Shown here: positions 53,870-64,000 of the stretch, in pieces
How positions within the stretch are numbered: position 1 is the stretch's first letter
Layout of the letters: each line of letters begins with the position of its first letter
Assembly: GCA_021613535.1 (NCBI GenBank)
Contig: CP075497.1
Coordinates: forward strand, 8,246,001-8,310,000
Origin: Adineta vaga
Lineage: Eukaryota; Animalia; Rotifera
Direction: 5' to 3'
Length of the DNA: 64,000 bases
Made by a program: the position numbers and the translations under genes
Notes under the pieces: model-generated
The model's database searches: none
Seen by the model: only the letters and a program-made list of their open reading frames with translations
What the model was told of the DNA's origin: nothing

Positions 53870-56596
53870 ATGGAGCGCCGAAAGAAGAAACAACAATCAA
53901 ATGATACTCTTCGTCGATCTCGCTCTCCCAAACTTTCAGTTTCTCTTGATCTTGTTGAAAAAACGACCCCTTCACCTCCACGTGTTGATGGTATTCGTAG
54001 TTTACTTTCTCGTAAGAAATATCAATGAAATTAATTTCATCTCTATGTAGTATATATATATGTATATTAATGTTCTATTTATTTTTTCTCAACTAGGTGA
54101 AATCTATTCTCTCCATGAACATATTGCTCAATCTTCTCCCTCAGTTGGTAGTGTGCCACCAATTGATAGGAAATTTTCTGATCCTGAATTTTTACCCATA
54201 CCGGAAAGTATTGCACGAGGCGACGAAGGAACAGCTTTTCTCGGTGTTAAATATCAAGGACGTGTTGCACGATGGTAAATCAATATTGCATTTGTCTTAA
54301 CTTTAATTTTATTTCTACGTTTTTTTAATATCATTTGTCTTAAGGCTACGTCCTGAACGTATTCGATGGTCTAGTGAAGATAAACAATATTCATTAGCTG
54401 TATTCAATCAACCACATCCAAAAGATATTATTCAAGGTCGTCTTGGTAATTGTTGGCTTATTGCTGCATTATCATTAATTGCTGAAGTACCACAAATTTT
54501 GTATAAAGTTATGATTACAAAACAATACAATCCAGCTGGTAATTAAATTGATACTATTCATAAGAAAAGAAATTCAACTCTCATCTTGATTTTTTAGGAC
54601 TTTATCGAGTTCGTTTATGCAATCAAGGTATTTGGCAAGTCGTCACTATTGATGATATGTTACCCGTTTCAACATCAAATTCTCTTGTCTTCTCTCGAAG
54701 TAAGAAAAAACAATTATTTGCACCATTAATTGAGAAGGCACTTGCAAAAATGCATGGTAGTTATATGGCTCTTAAATCTGGTATGAAAACTTAATTTTTT
54801 TCATCATGTCCAAGAAAAAAATGATATATATATATATATTTCTAGGAAGATGTGATGAAGGTTTACAAACATTAACAGGTGAACCATGTGAGGTATGAAG
54901 CAAAAAAAAAACAAGAAATGCTAAATTAAGAAAATATTTGATTAATTTATTGATTAGGTACTCTTTTTACGTTCATCAGATCCTGAAAAAAAACCAGATC
55001 TTAATCAGATATGGACTAGTATACTAGAATCAAGAGCAAAAGGTGATGTTGTCAAATAAAATAGTTTATATTATCTAAGTTTGTTATAGGTTATCTGATG
55101 ACATGTCCCTGTTCGAATAAACGGTTCAGTGAACAAATCTTCAGTCGAATGGGTAAATTAAATGTCAAATGAAATTACAAGAAAAAGAATAATTCCTATT
55201 TCTATCTCTCTCTCTCTCTCTCTACCTCTCATAGGTCTAGAGTCAGATCATGCCTATAGTATTCTTGATGCGCGACAAGTGAATTCTCAAAGACTTGTTC
55301 GTCTACGTAATCCATGGGGTGAAAAAGAATGGAAAGGTGCATTAACAGAAAATTGGACAAAATGGCCAAAAACTATTAAACATAAAATTATTCCATCCTC
55401 TGCAAACGATGGTGTCTTTTGGATGCGTATGTATTCTTATCTATTCAATCAAATCTATCTCGATCTATTTCATCTTTGAATATAGCTTGGGAACAAATGC
55501 CTTCCTTCTTTAGTAGTGTTACTATTTGTAAAGTCAATGCTAATTGGCATGAAGTTTGTTAAAAGATTTTTTGATATGAAACATATTTCATTCATGTTTA
55601 TTTCTGTAGGCTCGTAAACGAGGACAATTCAGTGATTTTTCTTCCACAATCACATCAGCATATGGACTCGATTGTCCATATGGTGCTGAATTGGAAATCG
55701 AAGTCTTCAATGCTGGTGATGGAAATTATTATAATCGTTTAAAAGATCCCGATGTCGATCTCTTTCTAATTCTTCTTAGTTCAAATGGTTATTGTCGAGC
55801 ATATAAACACGATGTCGATTATTATATCACTTTATCAACAGTAGTACCACCTGGTCGTTATATTATATTAGCGGGTTCAATGTCAGTGGTGAATTATTTA
55901 GTTTATCCAGCATTCAACTTAGTTGTACATGGTAGTCAACCATTTGTTGTACATGATCAACCATCATCCTATGAATTAGTCGCCGATGCTTTTCATGCCG
56001 TTGCTTTTCGAGCAAATAATCGTCAAGATATGGGTGGAGGTGTTTCGATTTTAACATTTGATGATAATGGGTAAACAAATTGTTCACTTCTTATATTCAT
56101 TGTAAGATCATTTTTCTTTATTTAGAAATTTTGGTCTTGTTTGTGAAAATAAATCGAATCGAACAGTTCGACTTAGTAGTAATTTTCAAGGTTCAAAAAA
56201 TGTACTCTCTTCGCGGCATGCCTTTCAAATGATTGATACAATTCCTGCTAAAACTCAACAATTAATTGCTATTTTTACTCGAAAGATGTTTTCTAATGAC
56301 GTACAAATCGGTAAGAAACATATTGACATTTTTGTAAACGAATCATTTTCTTTATTCTTTATATTTTAGCATATCAGGTAGGTTTTCTTTTCTTTTCTAA
56401 TTTTAGTATTGATCAATATCATTCGATATAGGCATCTGGTGAATTACTTGATCCTGATCATTATATTCGTGCCAGAAATAATCCACTTGTTCCTCCTCAA
56501 GCTCTCGGTAAGTGATTTTATCAATGATACTTTCATATTCGACTCTGTTCTATTCTATTCATCTTAGGTCTTCATATTCTTCGACCTGTTTATTGA
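53870..56596 (+). CDS. CAPN15: Calpain-15/SOL-like cysteine protease (CysPc plus SOLH, no zinc fingers seen), many short exons
   Basis: FSDPEF, WLRP, QGRLGNCWL (Cys), LIEKALAKMHGSY, HAYSILD (His), LRNPWG (Asn) and DGVFWM. It ends ALGLHILRPVY*, like the SOL-type GLHxPRP terminus. ATG 53870 directly follows an in-frame TAA. Confidence 0.85.
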
Positions 56597-57639
56597 AATT
56601 CTTGATAATTCCCTTCTCTTTGTGTTTAATTCCTTCGGTCTCAACCGGTCATTGTGATTATTTTCTAACAAAACTATGTCAATAGTTAATTTATTTACAA
56701 ATAAAAAAAAGAATATTTTTCTTTTCAATTCATATGATTTGTTCTGAAAACGAACTTTCAGTTCAATTTTTATTCAAATAAAAGTCTCGAATAAAGAAAA
56801 CACAATATATCTTACACTTTTCTTCTCAAATATTATATTAAAGAATAACCTTGCCTTGACAGTACGGGAGACGTATTCGATCAATATGTATTTATATATT
56901 ACAAGTAACGCTCATCCTTGAGGGTGTGTGTGTGTGTTTGCGACTATATATTCCACAACCACGTCATTCATCAAACAAAATCTTTTGTTTCCAATCAATA
57001 CCGAACAGAAAATCTAAGAAATATCCAGATATAAATCCTGAGATTTCCGCTAGTCACCCAACGCCAGGAACTCGGAAGGAAACCGACAGATCTTACGTCA
57101 ATTTTCCAGCAATTCGGAAGCTAGGCTTTCCGCGTTGATTCCAATCACTATTATTCTTACTAATTGATCAATTTTTAATTATTACCAACCTATAGTTTCA
57201 CGACCGACCTCCCTATCAAAATTTCTGCACGAGGTCGCCATTTTGCATTTCGAATTTTGAGTGGATTTAAAATCTAATTTTAACTCTTTCAAAAATCCAA
57301 GCCAGAAAAGACCCTCTTAAGACTTTTCCTATAGTTATATACGCAGAATCAAAAGTTCTATGTTAGTTCTTTGTATAATTGTTACTTGTAAAATGCTTTT
57401 CAGATTCTGTGTTTTTTTTTTACAAGTTGAAAAAACCTTGATTATTTGCTAGATTTCTACTACATTTTCTAGACATGCGTTTCAAACAGACAACTGACAT
57501 TTCATTTTGATAAAACATTGTAATAATTCACTAGTATTCTAAACACAATGCAATAACTCTAATGGTGACCTTGTTTAGTTTATTTTCAATGTAACACAAT
57601 GTATTAAAAAGCATGTCGCATCAAAAGTATTTGGTTTAA

Positions 57640-57900
57640 GGGCGCCTCTCAGATGAAAAGTTGCGCACTGCCTTTGTCTATAATTTGAATGCATTCCGAA
57701 CTATATATCTCCTTGTAGAAAAAAGTGATTTAAATTCTCCGAAGGCCAAAACTACCTTAAATCTGCTAGAAATCCGTTCTAGTAAGACCTATAAAACTGA
57801 AAATTTCACTAAAAGCACTCCTCACTAGGATCACTCGTTCCTGAAAATTTCAGCCCGAAAGGACTAGGGGTATGGAAAATATTTTCTGAGGAGGGGCCCC
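57640..57900. mobile_element. Non-autonomous DNA transposon (MITE), TTAA-associated with GG...CC ends (Kolobok-like)
   Basis: Left end TTAA|GGGCGCCTCTCAGA and right end TCTGAGGAGGGGCCCC|TTAC form imperfect TIRs. An internal CTGAAAATTTCAG palindrome lies at 57841-57853, with a partial copy near 57797. Confidence 0.55.
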
Positions 57901-58221
57901 TTACGTAGAGAATAATCACTTGACGCATGGATCATTAAGAAATTATGACAGAAAATATTATACAGAAAGTAAATGTCGTTATCCGTTGCAAGGTCAAATA
58001 GACTAAAGTCATTCAAAATGAAATAAAAAAAACATGATTGGTTTTCTATTCGTCGTTACCTAGTCGACTGATTAGTTCATTGTGAATTAATGCGGTCTGC
58101 TTTTCACATTCATGATTGTACAAGAAGACGACATCGACTATTATTCGTTATTATTCTAACAACGGACATGAGGAAACACACATATATATATGTTGAAATA
58201 AACGTCTTCCTTGACTTATAT

Positions 58222-59978
58222 ATGAGTAACACAAACAACTGTGATCTCAATATACTCGATTTACCAGATGAGATTTTATGCGTCATTTTGAAGAGACTCA
58301 ATATGACCGATGTTTTTTATTCGCTTGTCGATGTTAATCAACGATTTAATCAATTAATATTTGATGCTATATATATTCGTGACCTTGATGTCACCAATAT
58401 CAGACGCATCAAATCAACAATATCGGATGAAATTTCCTCTGAAGACAATAAAGTTCTTTCCAATATATGCAATAAGATTATACCTCGCGTTCACGATCAA
58501 GTGTATAAACTCACTGTCGATCAATGTTCAAGCAGAAAAATTATTGCGGCTAGTTATCCTCATCTTTATTCGTTATCACTTATAAATTTTTGGAAAAGCA
58601 AACTTCATCAATATTTAACAGGTGTGTGGCATCTTTGTGCTCGTCAGAGCTAAAGAAGAATAATTTTAGCCGATATAAACTGATAATTGTCTATTTTAAA
58701 TTCAAGACGATTTACTTCTTCGTGATCTTCTTGCTAAACAGATAACACACCTTCGTATCGATATCAGAATGAAACCCAAAAGACGATCGCAAACTGTTTC
58801 AAAGATTTTTGCATTAATCTTATCGTTATGTAACAAATTAATTGTTTTGGATTTTTGTGACATGTTTCGCACAGGAAAACGTTTGGTCGGTGTTCCTTAT
58901 ATACCATCAGTAGATTATAGAACTTCAACTTTAAGCATATTGCAAATCAATGTCGAGTCTTTATGATTTTCTTTGTCTGCTCGACGGTCGTCTCATGTCT
59001 TTGGCAATATTAGTTATTCATGTGGAACGTATTTTTAAAATGCCAGTAGATATAGATTGTGTAGTAAGTATAGTGTTAATAATCGTTTTGTATCGAAAGA
59101 TAATTAATAAAGTAAAATGATTGTTTACTTTTTCTAGAAACAACTTTCCAAATTGAAATGTCTTTCATTAAAATCGGTGAATTATACAGATTGTTATGAT
59201 GGTTTAATTGTTCCATTACTGTGTCCAATGACGAATCTTGCCGAATTAAAATTATCGTTGTCAGTAGTGAGATTCAACGCAAGCTATATTGTGGCATTCA
59301 ATTATATGATCAATTTCTCATTTATATGACCAAACTAAAACAGTTTACATTTCGTATCGATACTAAAGTGATCAGCAGTAAAATTATCGATGAACTTCCA
59401 TCGAATGAACAGATTCAATGCAGTTTCAGTGGAAGAGGTTATCAAAAAGTTGCTTCATCCGTTTATACTACTCCAGTTTATAAAGGAAACAGGTGTCATA
59501 TCTATTCACTTCCGTATAAATTTGATCATTTTATCAATTTGAATAATTCGTTTCAAGGTTGTATTTTTGAAAAAGTTCGGTGTTTGACGATGGATGATGA
59601 TATCTCCTTTGAATCCAAACTATTTCAATACATTTCTCGATGCTTTCCTTATCTTGAATTCTTGTCAATATCTAATACTCATGCACAAGAAGACAGGCAA
59701 AATTTGACAATATTTATCACTTTCGCTTGTTTGAAACAGTTGGATCTTATGTTTGCACATGCGGACTATGCTGAACAGCTTCTCGTCGTGAGCAAAACTT
59801 ATCTACCTCGTTTACGGTATTGTGCATCGAATATGAACAACTCGAAAAAATAACCAATAATTTTACCCAGAATGTAGAATGTTTTAATTTCGGCAAACTG
59901 AAGTATCTTAAAGGTTCTCAACGATTTATTAATTCAGACAAGGTTCAACAATATTTTCCGCTGCTACAAAGTGTTTGA
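58222..59978 (+). pseudogene. F-box/LRR-like gene of a lineage-expanded family, disrupted by three 1-nt deletions
   Basis: F-box (LNILDLPDEILCVILKRL...VNQRFNQL) and family motifs LLDGRL, KLKCLSL, CHIYSLPY, ITNNFT and YFPLL. Frame breaks occur near 58962 (giving TGA 58964-58966), 59291 and 59820. Confidence 0.8.
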
Positions 59979-60679
59979 ATGAAAGAAAATTAAATATCTT
60001 CTATCTTCAGTGCACCACAACAAGTAAAAGAACCATAGATGAGATAATCTCTATTATTTAATATTGAATTATGTTAAAACTGTTTACTTATCTACAAAAC
60101 ATAATCCTTACCTGCAGATTAATTCTGCAGCCTTGAAATAGGAAGAAAGATGTATTTTGTGAAGTATATGATTTGGAAAGTGGCATGTATGACGGATAAG
60201 GTGCTAAAAATGAAAGATATTAAATTAGAAGATTTAACATTTTGAAACAAGAAAAGTTTTGAAATTCGGATTAATACTGAACCATTGGACGATGATATCC
60301 GTTAAATGTTATATTAATAAATTCAGTATGTTATGTTTGATGCATTGAAATATCAAGTAAGATGCGAATATCATCTTTTCTTCATAAATTAATTTTTAAA
60401 ATAGTATTCCAAAGTTAGAAATGAATCGAAAGAAGTTTTTATCAGTGAGATTCAGTTGATTTAGCAACATACATCAAATTTAGTGTTCTACTTTCAAATG
60501 GCACAACGCAAGTTTTATTTACCCCTGATGGGACTGCGCTTAAAAGCTTTCAGTAATAATTCTAGGTTATTGATTGATCAAAAGCCTTCAACTAAATCCA
60601 TATTATGTATCAATAAAAGACTAAATAGAAATCGATCGAATATAATAATCTATATTTATTTCACATGAATATAAACTTC

Positions 60680-63011
60680 TTATTTTCTTTTTAATACAGC
60701 TATAATTGCTTCACGTGGTACTTGAATATTCGCAATGGATCTCATTCTTTCTTTGCCTTCTTCTTGTCGTTTGATTAATTTCATTAAACGTGTTTTATCA
60801 CCTCCATATAATTTTGCACCAACATCTTTTTTATACGGTGCAATATGTTGTTTTGCAAGTATACTTGAATGAACTTTAGCTTCAATTTTAATTGCATACT
60901 GTTGTCGATCAATATTTTCTTTTAATTTAAGAACTATTTCTTGACCAACTACTCGCGCACGTTTAGCATGACAAAGTACAGATAATTCATCGATTTCTTC
61001 TTGATTAATACAAATACGCATTTTAACTATATTCGATTTTTCATAGCCACTATCTTCATAATCAAATGTTCCATAACCTGATGTGATTTGTTTGAGTTGA
61101 TCAAAAAAATCATAAACGATTTCAGCTAACGGTAATTTATATTTTAATAATGTTCGTTTGTCATCAATACAATATTCTTCAATTAAGACTCCTCGTCGTT
61201 CATCACAGATTAATTTAATAATTGGAGCAAATTGTGTGGGAGTCAGGATTTGACCATGAACAATAGGTTCAAGTGTTTCACGGATAATATTTGTATCAGG
61301 CCATTTTAATGGATCAGAAATAGTGAGAAGATCGGAACCATGATCTTTAATATTATCTTTTCCAACAATACGACATTGATAAGCAACACCAGGAAATGTT
61401 GTGATAACTTGTTGAGCGAATTCGGATTGTAATCGTTGATTAAATATTTCCATATGAAGTAAACCCTTTCAAATGAAGAAATAGATACAATGAAAATGAA
61501 AGAGATTCTTACGAGAAATCCTATACGCATGCCTTTACCAAATGCTACAAGGAAATAAGGAATAAAAACAAATGTATGATTGGAAGTATGTGTTTCTTAT
61601 TTACCTGGATTTGACGTGGGAACAATTCGAACACCAGTATCATTCAATGCTAATCTTTCAATTGATTGCTCGAAAATATTATATTGTGCTTCTTCAAATG
61701 GAAAAAAACCCGCAAACTAAAAGAAAAATTATCAAATCAAGTAAAACATATTCTCAATCACTGACCACCATTGCTTTTGGAACTTTAAATGTCTGTAATG
61801 GTTCAACATTTACACCTGAAGAGAATAAGAATAATATTAAGTATTCTATACGTATCATCGCTTTTCGTTTGTTCGTTTTTCAATACTAGAACACTCACCA
61901 ACCTTGATGATAAAATGTATCTCCAACAACTGTATCTTGAATATGTTTTGTATCACAAATAATATATCCAACATGACCAGCATATAATGCATCTGTTTTT
62001 ACTCGATCAGGATACATAAATATACCTAATATATATATATATATATATTCGACGAAAGTGGAATTTTCTAAAGAAAACATCTTTCGAATTACCTGTTTCT
62101 AATACTGTATAATTTTTTCCAGATAATTTGCTAGAAATTTTATCTCCGGCTCGTACAATGCCATCGGTGACTGCAACATTGATAATTGTTGAATTGATAG
62201 CTGATGAATATACGGAATCAAATACAAATAATCGTAGAGGACCTGTTCGAGAATAATTTGGTGGTGGAAGTTGTTCAACAATTTGTTCTAATATCATTCC
62301 ACAATTAGTTCCATGTTTGGCAGATATTTGAATAATATTTTTAGAAGAAAGTCCAAATTCAGATTCTATCTGACGAATTGTTCGTTCAACTTTTGCTTCT
62401 TTTAAATCAATTTTATTGATAACGGCAATAACTTCCATAAATGAATCACAGGCAAGTAGGAAATTTGCTACTGTTTGTGCTTGAATACCTTGAGCAGCAT
62501 CGACAAGAAGAATAGCAGATTGACATGCAGATAATGATCGAGCAACTTCTGTGGAAAAATCGACATGTCCAGGTGTATCGATTAGATTCAATAGATACGT
62601 TTGATTTTTATGTGGATAAAACATTGAAACAGCAGCTGCTTTGACAGTTATTCCACGTTCTCTTTCAACATCAAGTTTATCAAGAACTTGACGATTTTCT
62701 TTAGATTTTGGTATTGCACCTGTTAATTCTAGCAGACGATCAGCAAGTGTTGATTTTCCTAAAAGATATTATTTGAAATCAAATCAGTTCGTTTGAATGA
62801 AATATTCAATACCATGATCAACATGAGCAATAATACAAAAATTTCGTACTAATGATGTTTCAAATGCATCCATTTTAATCGAACGAAGTGCTCGTTCGAC
62901 AACTAGAGTCGGTTGATTCTCTGCATGTTGAAAACGGTATGGTATATAGATTCGATACAAAGAACGGAACGCTCTCTGACAAACTAATGAAACAAAACTA
63001 CACGATTGCAT
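60680..63011 (-). CDS. GUF1: Mitochondrial translation factor GUF1 (LepA/EF4), multi-exon
   Basis: Transit-peptide-like N-terminus, [77 protein letters not shown] and KLYGGDKTR. Confidence 0.96.
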
Positions 63012-63088
63012 TTATCAAAACATCTATAAGAAAAAAGATCAATTTCTATTTGAATGCGAATATGAAGGAATAGTTTTCTTTCGTTTAT

Positions 63089-64000
63089 TTATTCTTTTCG
63101 TTTAAGTAGACGATACAATCGTTGAGCTTCATCGAAATTTGAACAACTTGTATGCATATCAATCAAAGTCATTTGTATCGAAAGATTTTTTTCGATTATA
63201 TACGATGGAATCGATCGATGGATGTTTTCAGCTTGATGAGAAACACCTAGTTGTTTGACGGCATTGATGACATGTAAATAGAGACTAACATCCGGTGAAA
63301 TTGATGAAGATTGCAGTTGATTGAATAGAGAAAGGACTTGATCTGGTTGATTTTTTGTTAGGTATGCTTTCATTAATGCTGAGTATGCAACATGATCAAG
63401 CTTCGGAAGATGTTGATCGAACAGTTCCCGAGCACGATCAATTAAATTACATTTACAATACATGTCCATAAGCTGAAACATCGAAATAAATATATTTTAT
63501 CGTTTATTATTGATTCATATTCTTACCGCTGTTACTAATCGAATATTTGATGAATCAAGAAGTTTTAATCGAATCAATTCATCATGAACAGATTTTCCAA
63601 TATCTAATCGATGACAATCACTACATGCACTAAGTATACATGTTGCTGTCACAGCATCAAGTTCAATTATTTTGTTATTACATAAATCATTTTCATATAA
63701 TTCAATAGTTTTTCCTCCTAGTCCATTCATATTATAACCTAGAATATAGTAATGATATTCAGATTTTCATTATTTCTAACTCACCTTGGTCTCACCTTTG
63801 AACATGGTGCCGTAAAGGCTGATCTGTATCAATTGATTCTTCATTCTTTTTAGTCGATAGAAAATTTGTTCAGCTAGATCGATTCGTTTGATTTTTCCGA
63901 ACATGTAAATCAATTTGATTTGCAGTTCATAATATTCATTTTCATCTAATCTTTGATCTTTTTCAATAGATTCTTGTATTTTTTGACAGAAATTGAAATT
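63089..64000 (-). CDS. PLS-class pentatricopeptide repeat protein, 3' part (runs off the window), with introns
   Basis: Plant-type P-L-S motifs: TCILSACSDCHRLDIGKSVHDELI (L), LMDMYCKCNLIDRARELFDQ (S), YSALMKAY...VLSLFNQL (P) and LIDMHTSCSNFDEAQRLY (S). Introns lie at about 63474-63526 and 63739-63795. Confidence 0.88.

Noticed and set aside
62784-63481. Possible PPR-GUF1 fusion protein, or a DYW domain on the PPR
   Set aside because: TGA and TAA sit in frame directly before the GUF1 ATG, and no PG box, HxE/CxxC or DYW sequence follows the PPR.
1-64000. CRISPR arrays, prokaryotic operons or defence systems, tRNA/rRNA, telomeric repeats, autonomous transposase or RT ORFs, conserved miRNAs
   Set aside because: None was recognised by eye and the sequence is intron-rich eukaryotic DNA. 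Small RNAs cannot be fully excluded without an Infernal or tRNAscan search.

Overview
This is AT-rich eukaryotic DNA with many short (~50-60 nt) GT-AG introns. Gene content and style point to a bdelloid rotifer (Adineta/Rotaria-like), which is an inference. No CRISPR, tRNA or rRNA was recognised. In order, the window holds: two tandem genes with a receiver-like (Rossmannoid) domain, XPC/Rad4, clockwork orange (bHLH-Orange), a KIF26/VAB-8-like gene with a degenerate motor, an intronless 571-aa polytopic membrane protein, a large N-type classical cadherin, an SLC22 transporter, a small heat-shock protein with a hydrophobic tail, an LMO4-like LIM-only gene, TBCA (absent from the ORF track), AP-3 beta, a calpain-15/SOL-like protease, a TTAA-flanked MITE, an F-box pseudogene with three frameshifts, GUF1/EF4 and the 3' part of a plant-type PLS PPR gene. 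The most interesting signal is three co-oriented gene pairs separated by only 77-148 nt, each with a splice acceptor just before the downstream ATG. These are candidate SL-trans-spliced operons, and one links a plant-like PPR gene to mitochondrial EF4. Other highlights are the AP3B-TBCA microsynteny shared with vertebrates, a single-base frame break inside the LMO polyQ, a possibly tail-anchored sHSP and altered catenin-binding motifs in the cadherin. Gene models were spliced by eye, so internal exon boundaries are approximate.
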